Below are positions 38,622 to 47,778 of a stretch of DNA of 64,000 nucleotides, piece by piece. The stretch's first letter is position 1; each line of letters begins with the position of its first letter. Source of the DNA: an uncultured Gemmatimonadales bacterium (GTDB lineage Bacteria; Gemmatimonadota; Gemmatimonadetes; Longimicrobiales; RSA9); contig OY970192.1 of the NCBI GenBank assembly GCA_963708135.1, positions 2,816,001 to 2,880,000 of the forward strand, given 5' to 3'. Under the pieces are notes generated by a model. That model had not been told where the DNA came from. It searched no databases and was given only the letters and a program-made list of their open reading frames with translations. The position numbers and the translations under genes are program-made.

Positions 38622-39916
38622 CACCTGGACCCCCACCGGATCAGGTCGGCCTCCGCGGCCCTGTAGCCGTAGATGGCATCCTGACGATCCTGCAGCGCCT
38701 GAATCCAGGCGTCGTATGCATCCAGCACCTCCAGCGCACTGCCCTGCCCGCCGCGATAGAGGCTCTCGGCCTCGAGGTAGGCATCCTGCGCCGCCGTGGC
38801 CGCCTCGGTGCGTGCCTCGTACTCGCGATAGAAGCCGGCCATGTCCGCCCAGGCACGGCTCCAGCTCAGGCGTACGAGGCGACGTGTCTGGACCGCCCGG
38901 TCCCGCGCCCGCTGCATGTCCGCGGCGGCCTCGGCTAGCCGGCCCCGGTGGATCCCCGCGTCCCAGAAGGGCAGCGAAAAGGCGAGCATTACCTCCGCAC
39001 CCGCGCCGCGCCCGCCGTTCAACAGCGCGACGTCGGAGCCGACGAATGGCTGCGCGCCAATGTCCGCCTCGAAGTCGAGGTGCGGCTTGCGCCCTGCACG
39101 GGCAGCGCGTACGCCGGCGGCGGCGGCCCGGATCTGCGCCTCCGACTGCGCGACGTCCGGCACCGTGACCCAGGGCGAATCGACCGGGGGAGCGGGTGGC
39201 GCGGGGGCCGGCAGAGCCGAAAGCTCGAGCGCCGAGTCAGGGGCCAGGCCCAGCAGCTCGTTCAGCTCCATCCGCGCATCCTCGAGCTCACGCTGCGCGG
39301 CCGCGATGTTGGCGTGCGCGGCGGCCACGCGCTGGCGGGTGCGGAGCAGATCCGACCCGACACCCTGGCCGGCGGCGCGCCGTGCCTCGATCACCCGGAG
39401 GTAGGCCTCGAGCCGCTCGAGACCGCGCTGCCGGAAGCTCAGCCCCGCCTGCGCGCGCAGCACAAGGCTGTAGCCGCTACGGACGGCGCGGTCCACGTCT
39501 CGCACGCTCATGCGGTACGAGAAGCCGAGCGCATTCGCTTCGGCCCGTGCCTGCGCAAGACCGGCGCGCAGCTCGCCCCCCTCGTACAGCGGCGTCTGCC
39601 CCAGCACCCTCGGAAACGCCTCTGTCCCGGCGTAGTCCTGCGGCGCACCCGTGTGCATATCGCTCGCGATGGAGAGCCTCGGGTACAGTGCACCGTGTGC
39701 CTGCTGGACGCGCGCGATCGCAGCCTGCACCTCCATCCTGGCGACGGGGAGCTGCGCGTTGCGCAGCTCCGCCTCCCGCAGCGCCGTCTCGAGGGTGATG
39801 GGCGCGCTGCTGTCCGGCACCTGAGCGGCGAGCGGAGCGGCGCCGAGCAGGGCTGCCCCCAGCGCAAGCGAGATGGTCGGTTGAAGCAGAGTGCGACGGT
39901 TCAGAGGCGCCTCCAT
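38621..39916 (-). CDS. TolC-family outer membrane efflux protein
   Basis: Signal peptide, ITLETAL..A..RN, PLYEGG and Y..G.GS.LEVLDA. Confidence 0.88.
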   Translation of the reverse strand: MEAPLNRRTLLQPTISLALGAALLGAAPLAAQVPDSSAPITLETALREAELRNAQLPVARMEVQAAIARVQQAHGALYPRLSIASDMHTGAPQDYAGTEAFPRVLGQTPLYEGGELRAGLAQARAEANALGFSYRMSVRDVDRAVRSGYSLVLRAQAGLSFRQRGLERLEAYLRVIEARRAAGQGVGSDLLRTRQRVAAAHANIAAAQRELEDARMELNELLGLAPDSALELSALPAPAPPAPPVDSPWVTVPDVAQSEAQIRAAAAGVRAARAGRKPHLDFEADIGAQPFVGSDVALLNGGRGAGAEVMLAFSLPFWDAGIHRGRLAEAAADMQRARDRAVQTRRLVRLSWSRAWADMAGFYREYEARTEAATAAQDAYLEAESLYRGGQGSALEVLDAYDAWIQALQDRQDAIYGYRAAEADLIRWGSR

Positions 39917-40095
39917 AACGCGACGTGCAGCGGCGCGCCAATCGGCGTACAGGCTACGGGACCGCCGAGCGGACCCGGCCGGCTCTCGGCTGGCCACGGC
40001 CCGCCCGAACGGCCGCGCACGAGCCCGAACAATTTGGGTGGCGAACCTTTCACCAGGATTACAGCGGCCGGCGGGGTTGCTGCGGCGGGCCGGCC

Positions 40096-41364
40096 TCACG
40101 CGGCCGGGAAGGAGAGCGCGGCGATGGTGCCTCCCGCGGAGCCGGGCCGGAGCGCCACCTCGCCGCCATGGCTGCGCGCGATCCACTCGGCGATCGAGAG
40201 GCCGAGCCCCGCGCCGGCCGCGCCCTCTTCGCGCGAGCGGCCCGCGTCGGCACGGTAGAAGCGCTCGAAGACGTGCGGCAGCGCGGCCCCGGGCACGCCC
40301 GGGCCGGTGTCCTCGACGAGGACGCGGGACGTCCCGTCCACGCGGCCGGCCGAGACCGTGACGCTCCCGCCGGGCGGCGTGAACTTCACGGCGTTGTCGA
40401 GCAGGATCATCATCGCCTGGCGGAGCAGCGCGGGATCCCCGGCCACGGGTGCCTCCTCGAGCGCGCCGACCTCGACGCGCACGCCCTTCCCCGCCCCGAG
40501 CACGCGGGCGTCCGTGGCGGCATCGAGCAGCAGGTCGTCCAGGTAGACCCGCTCGCGGGCGCGCGGCCAGTCGCCGGTGTCCGCGCGGGCCAGGGTGAGC
40601 AGGTTCTCGACCAGCCCGCCGAGCCGCCGGGCATCCACCTCGACCCGCCGCAGCACCTCGGCGTACGCGTCCGCGTCCCTGGGCTGGCGCAGGGCGACCT
40701 CGGCCCGGCCGCGCAGCACGGACACGGGCGTCCGCAGCTCGTGCGCGGCATCCGCCATGAAGCGCCGCATCTGGGCGAAGGAGCGCTCCACCGGCTCGGC
40801 GGACTTGCCCGCGAGCCAGCCGCCGCCGAGCGCCACGAGGAGGAGCGCGCCCAGCGCGGCCAGCCCGAACGCGGGAAGCAGCCCGCCGAACTGCTGCGCC
40901 ACCTCGACCTCGTCCGCCACGGCAGCCGCGGCGTAGCGCTTCCCCGCGAGCGTGAACGGCCGCGCGTACGCGCGCCAGTTCACCTCGCCCGCCTCCTCGG
41001 TCGAGACGACCGGCCCATCCGCGAGCGCGCGCGCGGCCAACCGTCGGATCCACGGCTCGGCGCTCGTCGGGTGGATCGGCCTGCCCGCGGCATCGAAGAC
41101 GTAGAGCCGGCGCTCGGGGATGCGCAGCTCGTCGAGCGCGTCCACGGGCACGCCGTCGTGGCCGCGCGGCCCCTCGAGCTCGCGGATCCGCATCGCGCGC
41201 GTGATCTCGACCGTAGCGTCCTGCAGCGAGTCGTCGAGCCGCGCCCGGAGCTGCCGCGTCAGCACCCCGAGCAGCGCCACCGCGAAGAGGGCGAGGATGG
41301 CTGCGAAGACGCCCACGTACCATGCGGTCAGCCGCACGCGCAGCCGGGCGAGCGCGTCGTTCAC
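40096..41364 (-). CDS. Sensor histidine kinase
   Basis: Two TM segments, ADAAHELRTP H-box, LDNAVKF, DTGPG and GAGLGL. Confidence 0.92.
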   Translation of the reverse strand: MNDALARLRVRLTAWYVGVFAAILALFAVALLGVLTRQLRARLDDSLQDATVEITRAMRIRELEGPRGHDGVPVDALDELRIPERRLYVFDAAGRPIHPTSAEPWIRRLAARALADGPVVSTEEAGEVNWRAYARPFTLAGKRYAAAAVADEVEVAQQFGGLLPAFGLAALGALLLVALGGGWLAGKSAEPVERSFAQMRRFMADAAHELRTPVSVLRGRAEVALRQPRDADAYAEVLRRVEVDARRLGGLVENLLTLARADTGDWPRARERVYLDDLLLDAATDARVLGAGKGVRVEVGALEEAPVAGDPALLRQAMMILLDNAVKFTPPGGSVTVSAGRVDGTSRVLVEDTGPGVPGAALPHVFERFYRADAGRSREEGAAGAGLGLSIAEWIARSHGGEVALRPGSAGGTIAALSFPAA

Positions 41365-42029
41365 AGGCCGAAGCGGTAGCCCGCGCCGCGGATGGTGTGG
41401 ATCAGCTTCCGCTCGAAGGCATCGTCGATTTTGGCGCGCAGCCGCCGCACCAGCACCTCGAGCACGTTCGTGAACGGGTCGTGGTTCTCGTCCCAGACGT
41501 ACGCCGTGATCGCCGCCCGGTCCACCACCGCGTCCGCGTGCCGGACGAAGAACTCCAGGAGCTGCCACTCCCTGGCCGTGAGCGAGATCGCCCGCCCCGC
41601 CCGCTCCGCCTCGTGCGCGCGCAGGTCCACGGTCAGGTCCGCGAGCCGGAACTCCGCCGGCGCCAGCGCCGGCGGGCGACGCGCCAGCGCCCGCACCCGC
41701 GCCAGCAGCTCCCGGAACGCGAACGGCTTCGTCAGGTAGTCGTCCGCGCCGCTCTCGAGCCCATGTACCCGGTCGTCCACTGCCGTGCGCGCCGTGAGCA
41801 TGAGGATCGGCGCCGTCTCGCCGCGCTCGCGCAGGTAGCGGCACAGCTCGAAGCCCGTGCCCCCGGGCAGCATCACATCCAGCACGATCACGTCGAAGCT
41901 GCCCAGCGCGGCGCGCATCCGCGCGTCCCGCACCGTCGCCGCCTCCACGACGTCGATGTCCTCCTCCGCGAAGCCGGAGGCGATCACTTCGCGCAGCTCC
42001 GCGTCGTCCTCGACAAGCAGGATTCTCAT
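41361..42029 (-). CDS. OmpR-family response regulator
   Basis: LLVEDD, LDVMLPG, ADDYLTKPF and TIRGAGY. Confidence 0.95.
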   Translation of the reverse strand: MRILLVEDDAELREVIASGFAEEDIDVVEAATVRDARMRAALGSFDVIVLDVMLPGGTGFELCRYLRERGETAPILMLTARTAVDDRVHGLESGADDYLTKPFAFRELLARVRALARRPPALAPAEFRLADLTVDLRAHEAERAGRAISLTAREWQLLEFFVRHADAVVDRAAITAYVWDENHDPFTNVLEVLVRRLRAKIDDAFERKLIHTIRGAGYRFGL

Positions 42030-42206
42030 CGCGCCGGACCGGCCGAAATCCGTTGTGGCATGGATACTTCTACCTGCACGCGCGGCGCCCGTTCCCGTAA
42101 TCGAAGTGAAAGGTACACCCCGCTATCATGAATGCGAAGGGAGCCGGAGGGCGGCTCTCCTGCGGGCCCGACGCCCGCCCACTCAACAGACCAGGGAGAA
42201 CCACTG

Positions 42207-42560
42207 ATGAAGGCACGGATCATCACCAGCCTCGCCGTCGGCGCTTCGCTCGCGGCCGCGGGCGCCGTCTTCGCGCAGAAGCCGAAGCCGAAGTTCCCCG
42301 AGGCCAGGGCGCGCGCCCTGGCGCTCGCGAAGGTGCCCGGCGGAAAGATCACGGCCGAGGAGGTCGAGCAGGAGAAGGGGCTCCTCATCTACTCGTTCGA
42401 GCTCAAGGTGCCGGGGCAGCCGGGCATCGAGGAAGTCAACATCAACGCCAACACCGGCAAGCTGGTCGGCATCGAGCACGAGGGGCCGTCGAAGGAAAAG
42501 GCGGAGTCGGGCGAGCGCCATGAGGGCCACGAGGCGCCGGAGAGCGGGGAGACCGGCTGA
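42207..42560 (+). CDS. PepSY-domain secreted protein
   Basis: Signal peptide; ARALAL..VPGGKI..E.E.E.G..IYSFE...EV.INA.TG. Confidence 0.85.
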   Translation: MKARIITSLAVGASLAAAGAVFAQKPKPKFPEARARALALAKVPGGKITAEEVEQEKGLLIYSFELKVPGQPGIEEVNINANTGKLVGIEHEGPSKEKAESGERHEGHEAPESGETG

Positions 42561-42610
42561 CCCTCGACGGACCGGGGAACCGGGGCGAGGGTGGAAGCGG
42601 AAAATCGAAG

Positions 42611-42636
42611 CGGCGGGTGGGACCCCCCACCCGCCG
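42611..42636. terminator. Hairpin between convergent genes
   Basis: CGGCGGGTGGG-accc-CCCACCCGCCG, an 11-bp stem. Confidence 0.55.
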
Positions 42637-42662
42637 TCTCGCTCACCCGTGTCTGCCCGCGT

Positions 42663-42878
42663 TCAGTCGGGCTTCGCCCTCTCCGCTTCTTCCTTCTGCT
42701 CTTCGCTACGCTCCTCGCCGAGATCGAGATTGGTCCCTTCGCGCTCCTGGCCCTCCTCCACGGCCTCCCGGTCGGTCTCGAAGGGATGGCCGATGTAGTC
42801 CTTGTCGCCCGGCTTCGGGGCCTTGCCGCGGCGGTTGCGGTCGCTCTTCGTGCGCTCGTCGTGCTTGTGGTGCGTCAT
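42663..42878 (-). CDS. Small hydrophilic hypothetical protein
   Basis: GAGGAGG RBS; highly charged 71 aa. Confidence 0.65.
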   Translation of the reverse strand: MTHHKHDERTKSDRNRRGKAPKPGDKDYIGHPFETDREAVEEGQEREGTNLDLGEERSEEQKEEAERAKPD

Positions 42879-42966
42879 TGCGCCTCCTCTGTCCGCCCTG
42901 CGCTGGCGGTGCCGCTGGGATACTCGGCGCGGGCGGCCGTGCCCGCGCCGGAACGGGCCGGCGTGG

Positions 42967-43476
42967 TCAGCCGACGCCGTTCGTGATCAGGTCCGTCGCC
43001 TCGAGCAGCGTCTCGGCCGTGAGGCCGTACGCCAGGTGCCCCGCCAGTCCACGCGCGTGCGTCTGCCACGGGAACGCCGTGGGCCCGGGCGTGAGCCCGA
43101 GCGCGGGCGGCAGCAGCTCGTCGAAGACGAGGAAGAAGCCCAGCCCGAAGCCGAGCCCCATGGCCGCGTCGATGCCCGGCACGCGGTGGCGCAGAATCCC
43201 GTAGGCCGCGCCGCCCGCCGCGCCCAGCGACCAGTGGACCGCCATGCCGGCCGACTCCCGCGTCTTGTGGTCGAGCCGCTTGCCCACCAGCCCCGCTGCC
43301 TTCTGCGCCGCCGACGCATACGCCGTCTGCCCGCCTCGCGCGGCCTCCTCGTCGTGCCGCGCCACGCGATTCTCGTGCTCGTACAGGTACGTCGTCACCT
43401 TGCCCATCAGCCACGTCGCAGCGGCGCCCGCGAGCGCGCCCTTCGCCGCATCGAGCAGGATCGAATCCGACTCCAT
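42967..43476 (-). CDS. Membrane protein, DUF1440-like
   Basis: KGALAGAAATWLM, VHW..GA..G..YG and HARGLAGHLAYG. GGAG RBS. Confidence 0.7.
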   Translation of the reverse strand: MESDSILLDAAKGALAGAAATWLMGKVTTYLYEHENRVARHDEEAARGGQTAYASAAQKAAGLVGKRLDHKTRESAGMAVHWSLGAAGGAAYGILRHRVPGIDAAMGLGFGLGFFLVFDELLPPALGLTPGPTAFPWQTHARGLAGHLAYGLTAETLLEATDLITNGVG

Positions 43477-43757
43477 TGCTCCCCTCCGGTTGCATGCGTT
43501 GCGCGACGCTGAGCGTGCAGGAAACGTTCCCCGGGTGTGGGGGGCAAGCGCCAGAGTGGGAGAGCGGGGGATGCGGCCGGCGACGAGGCGCACCGCAGGT
43601 TGCCCGGCGCGGCGCCGCGCGCGGCGCACGCCGGCGCCGCTGCGCCCCTGCACCCCCGGCGTGCCGGTGCGCCCTCGCCGGCCGGTGCACCCCTGGCGCG
43701 CTCAGGCCGCAGAGAACACACCTCGCCGCCCCACGCCGCGCGCGTTAGCTTGGCGCG

Positions 43758-45119
43758 ATGCCGATGCCAGACCCTCGCACCCGACTCGCCGGCCGGGCCA
43801 CGCGCCCGACCTATGGCGCGCGTGGCGCGCGCCCGCCGGGCACGCGTACCACGCGGGCCACGCGGCTGACGGGGGTGCGCGAGTACCGGGCGGAGGCGAA
43901 GCGTCGCCTGAAACCGTTCCGGCAGGGCTCCGCGCTGGCGGTGGCGGCGACGGCGATGGCGCTGCTCCTCTGGGGCGGCCCGGCGGCGTCGGGCGCGGCG
44001 CCGCCGGGCGGGCTGGTGGTGCCGGGGGCGGCCGCGCAGGACAGCGCGGCGCGGGATACGGCCGCGGGCGCCGCCAGCCGGACGGGCGGGGCGCAGCAGC
44101 CGGCGGCGGGGACGACATCGGCGGGCAGCATCGCGGACACGGCCGCGTCGCAGGCGGGGCGCTCCGTCGCGGAGGCGACGCACACGATCCGCGACCTGGC
44201 GGTCGGCTTCTTCGGCCTGCTGCCGAAGGTGGCCATCGCGCTGGTGGTGCTGGTGCTCGCCGCCCTGCTCGCGCGGGTGGCGCGCCCGCTGCTGCGCGCC
44301 CTGCTCGGCAGCTGGCAGCGGGCGGAGGCCTTCAGCGCGCTGGCGGTGATCGGCATCTGGCTGCTGGCGCTCGGCACCGCGCTCAGCGTCATCGCCGGCG
44401 ACGCGCGGGCCCTGCTCGGCTCGGTCGGGCTGTTCGGGCTCGCGCTCTCCTGGGCGCTCCAGGCGCCGATCGAGAGCTTCACCGGGTGGCTGCTGAACTC
44501 GTTCCGCGGCCATTTCCGGGTGGGCGACCGGATCGCGGTGGGCGACGTCTTCGGCGATGTCTACCGCATCGACTTCCTGACCACCACGGTCTGGGAGGCG
44601 GGCGGCCCCGACAAGCCGGTCCAGGGCGCGCAGCCGACGGGCGCGCTCGTCACCTTCCCGAACTCCGAGGTGCTGCGCTCCAACGTCGTCAACTACACGC
44701 GCGACTTCCCCTACGTCTGGGACGAGGTGACGATCGGCGTGGCCAACGAGAGCGACCTCGGCTACGCCATGCGTGTCATCGCCGGAGTGGCGAGCCGCGT
44801 CGTCGGCGAGACCATGCGCGAGCCGGCCGCCCGCTACGCGGCCCTGCTCGCCGAGCGCGGCCTCGGCTACGAGGTGGCCACCGACCCGCAGGTCTACCTC
44901 TCCATGACCGACTCGTGGGCCAACCTCACCGTCCGCTACCTCGTCTCGGCGCGCGCCCGCCGCGCCACCTCGACCCAGCTGCTCCTCGCCCTCGCCGAGG
45001 AGACCGCGAAGGAGGAGCACCACGGCCGCATCGTCGGCTCCTACCCCGTGCGCCGCGTCCTCCTGCACGAGCCAGGCGACGGCGCCGCCGAAAGCTCGCC
45101 GGCGCCCGCCGGGTCCTGA
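43758..45119 (+). CDS. Mechanosensitive channel, MscS family (second copy; start uncertain)
   Basis: GSVGLFGLALSWALQ.PI, FRVGDRI and FPN.EVL...V.NY. Confidence 0.85.
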   Translation: MPMPDPRTRLAGRATRPTYGARGARPPGTRTTRATRLTGVREYRAEAKRRLKPFRQGSALAVAATAMALLLWGGPAASGAAPPGGLVVPGAAAQDSAARDTAAGAASRTGGAQQPAAGTTSAGSIADTAASQAGRSVAEATHTIRDLAVGFFGLLPKVAIALVVLVLAALLARVARPLLRALLGSWQRAEAFSALAVIGIWLLALGTALSVIAGDARALLGSVGLFGLALSWALQAPIESFTGWLLNSFRGHFRVGDRIAVGDVFGDVYRIDFLTTTVWEAGGPDKPVQGAQPTGALVTFPNSEVLRSNVVNYTRDFPYVWDEVTIGVANESDLGYAMRVIAGVASRVVGETMREPAARYAALLAERGLGYEVATDPQVYLSMTDSWANLTVRYLVSARARRATSTQLLLALAEETAKEEHHGRIVGSYPVRRVLLHEPGDGAAESSPAPAGS

Positions 45120-45240
45120 GCGCCGAGCCGCCCGCGCACCCCGCCGCGTGCTGAGCGCCGAGCCGCCCGCGCATCCCGCCCGGTCCTGAGCGCCGAGCCG
45201 CCCGCGCACCCCGCCGCGTGCTGAGCGCCGAGCCGCCCGC
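45116..45240. repeat. 35-bp tandem repeat, about 3.6 units
   Basis: CTGAGCGCCGAGCCGCCCGC at 45116, 45151, 45186 and 45221, with alternating tails. Confidence 0.9.
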
Positions 45241-45383
45241 CACCGGCACGGCGCCGCCGGCCACCAGCATGGCGCCGCCGGCAACGCCGGCTCCGGCACC
45301 CGGGCTCCCCCGTTTGCAGCGCGCCGCGCGGGCCGCTATTCGTTCAGGTCCGGCAGACGGCCGGCACCGACAAGGAGGCCCAC

Positions 45384-45728
45384 ATGACGACCCAGCTCGC
45401 GGCGGCAGTGTGCGAGGCGTGTCGCGCGGATTCCCCACGCGTCACCGAAGAGGAGAAGGCGGAGCTGCTGAAGCAGATCCCGGCCTGGCAGGTGGTCGAG
45501 CGCGACGGGATCGAACGCCTGGAGCGGGCCTTCGCCTTCGAGGACTTCGCGCAGGCGCTCGCCTTCACCGAGCAGGTCGGCGGCATCGCCGAGGAGGCCG
45601 GCCACCACCCCGCGCTCCTCACCGAATGGGGCCGCGTGACCGTCACGTGGTGGACCCACAAGATCCGCGGCCTGCACCGGAACGACTTCATCATGGCCGC
45701 CCGGACCGATGGGCTGCTGAAGGGGTGA
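45384..45728 (+). CDS. phhB: Pterin-4-alpha-carbinolamine dehydratase
   Basis: [32 protein letters not shown]. Confidence 0.92.
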   Translation: MTTQLAAAVCEACRADSPRVTEEEKAELLKQIPAWQVVERDGIERLERAFAFEDFAQALAFTEQVGGIAEEAGHHPALLTEWGRVTVTWWTHKIRGLHRNDFIMAARTDGLLKG

Positions 45729-45839
45729 CCCGCGAAACTCGGGTGGGGGCGGGCGGTTGAAGCGGGAGAGGCCGGGGGGGGTGAAGCGGGTGGGGGCGGG
45801 GCAGCGGGAGAGGCCGCCCGGGCCGATACCTCGGCGGCC

Positions 45840-46220
45840 GCGCGCGGTGTCGCCTCGGGATGCGCGCGCGGCGTCGCCTCGGGGCGCGCGCGGTGTCGCC
45901 TGGGGATGAATGCGCGGTGTCGCCTGGGGATGCGCGCGCGGCGTCGCCTCGGGATGAATGCGCGGTGTCGCCTCGGGGTGCGCGCGCGGTGTCGCCTGGG
46001 GGCGCGCGCGGTGTCGCCTCCGGGATGAATGCGCGGTGTCGCCTGGGGGTGCGCGCGCGGTGTCGCCTCGCCGGCGCGCGCGGTGTCGCCTCGGGGTGCG
46101 CGCGCGGTGTCGCCTCCGGGATGAATGCGCGGTGTCGCCTCGCCGGCGCGCGCGGTGTCGCCTCGGGATGAATGCGCGGTGTCGCCTCGCCGGCGCGCGC
46201 GGTGTCGCCTGGGGGTGCAT
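45840..46220. repeat. Variant minisatellite, 16 units with core GCGCGGTGTCGCCT
   Basis: Units of about 22-25 bp with a few recurring linkers (cgggatgaat, cgccg, cggggt, ggggg). Confidence 0.9.
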
Positions 46221-46412
46221 GACCCGCCGCTCAGCACCCTCCGGCGCACGAGGGGGCGGTCGTGCACCCCATACCGGCCCGACTCGCCGCTCGTTCTCTC
46301 CGATTTCATCGAGGGGCGGGTTGGGACGGCCCTGCCTGCACGATCCCACTTTCGATTCCGGACCACCGGCGAGGGGCGGGTTCTGCAGAGTCGCCGATCG
46401 CGGCGCCCCCAC

Positions 46413-46512
46413 CCGTGCTTCCGCCGTGCTTCCGCCGTGCTTCCGCCGTGCTTCCCCCGTGCTTCCCGTGCGGTTCCCCCGCGCTTCCCGTGCGGTTCCC
46501 CCGCGCTTCCCC
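46413..46512. repeat. Short tandem repeats (CCGTGCTTCCG and degenerate derivatives)
   Basis: Directly visible 11-bp units, followed by two copies of CTTCCCGTGCGGTTCCCCCGCG. Confidence 0.8.
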
Positions 46513-46541
46513 CACCCATACCGCCGCCCGCGGTTTCTACG

Positions 46542-46946
46542 TCAGCCCTCAGGGTCTTCCACCCGCTCGAGCGCGGCGGAGTTCAGGCAGTAGCGGAGGC
46601 CGGTCGGCGCGGGCCCGTCGGGGAAGACGTGGCCGAGGTGGGCGTCGCACGCCGCGCACAGCACCTCGGTCCGCTCCATCCCCAGGCTGGGGTCGCGCTC
46701 CGTGCGCACGGCGTCCTCCTCGACGGGCGCGCTGAAGCTCGGCCAGCCGGTGCCGGAGTCGTACTTCGTCTCCGCATCGAAGAGCGGCGCGCCGCAGCAC
46801 ACACAGGTGTAGACTCCCGGGTCCTTGCTGTCGTAGTACTCCCCGGTGAACGGGCGCTCGGTTCCCTTCAGGCGGGTGACGCGGTACTGCTCCGGCGTGA
46901 GCCGCTCCTTCCACTCGGCGTCCGAGCGGACGACCTTTTCCGTCAT
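46542..46946 (-). CDS. msrB: Peptide-methionine (R)-S-oxide reductase
   Basis: GTERPF, CVCC, GWPSF, CAAC.AHLGHVF.DGP and RYCLNS. Confidence 0.95.
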   Translation of the reverse strand: MTEKVVRSDAEWKERLTPEQYRVTRLKGTERPFTGEYYDSKDPGVYTCVCCGAPLFDAETKYDSGTGWPSFSAPVEEDAVRTERDPSLGMERTEVLCAACDAHLGHVFPDGPAPTGLRYCLNSAALERVEDPEG

Positions 46947-47278
46947 GTGCCCCCGGAGTTGGAGGTGAGCCGCTCGCCGACCGCGGCGAAGCCGGCAATA
47001 CACAGAACGATCCCCGACAGGAGTGTGTTCCAGAAGGACCAGGGCCGGTCGATGAGGGCCGGCATGAAGGGGGCCGCGATGAGCCACGCGCCCGCCAGCG
47101 CCGCCACCCAGCCCTGCCACGCGGCGCGCGGCCCGCGTGCCGCCAGCGCGATGCCCGCCACCAGCGCGACACCGCCGACCGCCCAATCCACGACCGCGTT
47201 CGCCACCGGCACGAGCACCAGGAACGGCTCCACCAGCAGCCACGCGCCCAGCACGCCGATCACCCAGCCGTACGCCAC
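46943..47278 (-). CDS. SPW-repeat-like 4-TM membrane protein
   Basis: W...VLGAWL..EPF and W..ALAGAWL.AAPF repeats; ATGA overlap with msrB. Confidence 0.65.
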   Translation of the reverse strand: MAYGWVIGVLGAWLLVEPFLVLVPVANAVVDWAVGGVALVAGIALAARGPRAAWQGWVAALAGAWLIAAPFMPALIDRPWSFWNTLLSGIVLCIAGFAAVGERLTSNSGGT

Positions 47279-47371
47279 CGTCCGCCCCTTCCGCCATCCG
47301 CAATGAACAGGGCCCGGGCCGGCTGCGTGAGCCGGTCCCGGGCCGCTCGTTCCTGCAATCGGCGGACCGCC

Positions 47372-47695
47372 TCAGACGGTCGTCTCGACCGGACGCCGGC
47401 CGCCGACAGCCGCGAACCCGGTGACGATGAAGACGATTCCGACCAGGATGTCGTTCCACCACAGACCCGCGCCGAAGCGCAGCCCCGGGATGAAGCCGGC
47501 GATGAACAGCCACACGCCGACGATCCCCGCGATCCAGCCCTGCCACGGCCGCCTCGCCGTCATGGCGAAGCCGATGATCGCGACGACGACGCCGACGACC
47601 CAGGCGTTCCAGGCGTTGCCTATGGTCGTGAATCCGAGGAACGGGACGATCACCATCCAGATTCCGAGGATTCCAGTCAGCCAGGCGTTCCACAT
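47372..47695 (-). CDS. SPW-repeat-like 4-TM membrane protein (paralogue)
   Basis: W..GILGIW...VPFLGF and [20 protein letters not shown]. Confidence 0.7.
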   Translation of the reverse strand: MWNAWLTGILGIWMVIVPFLGFTTIGNAWNAWVVGVVVAIIGFAMTARRPWQGWIAGIVGVWLFIAGFIPGLRFGAGLWWNDILVGIVFIVTGFAAVGGRRPVETTV

Positions 47696-47748
47696 CGTTG
47701 CACCTCCGTTTCTTCGAGTCGGGGGTCATCGACCCCGCTCATGGAACG

Positions 47749-47764
47749 TGCAACGCGCGTACCA
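47749..47764 (-). promoter_or_regulatory. Sigma54 (-24/-12) promoter
   Basis: TGGTACGCGCGTTGCA matches TGGCACG-N4-TTGCW with one mismatch, about 54 bp upstream of the ATG. Confidence 0.65.
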
Positions 47765-47778
47765 GCGTTCCCGCCCGC

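Noticed and set aside
45116..45240. Mini-CRISPR
   Set aside because: The intervening sequences are near-identical, so this is a plain tandem repeat.
45840..46220. CRISPR array
   Set aside because: The linkers are only about 5-11 bp and are reused, and there are no cas genes. It is a minisatellite.
45336..46519. Repeat-protein ORFs across the minisatellite
   Set aside because: Unit lengths are not consistently multiples of 3, there is no RBS, and they overlap phhB antisense.
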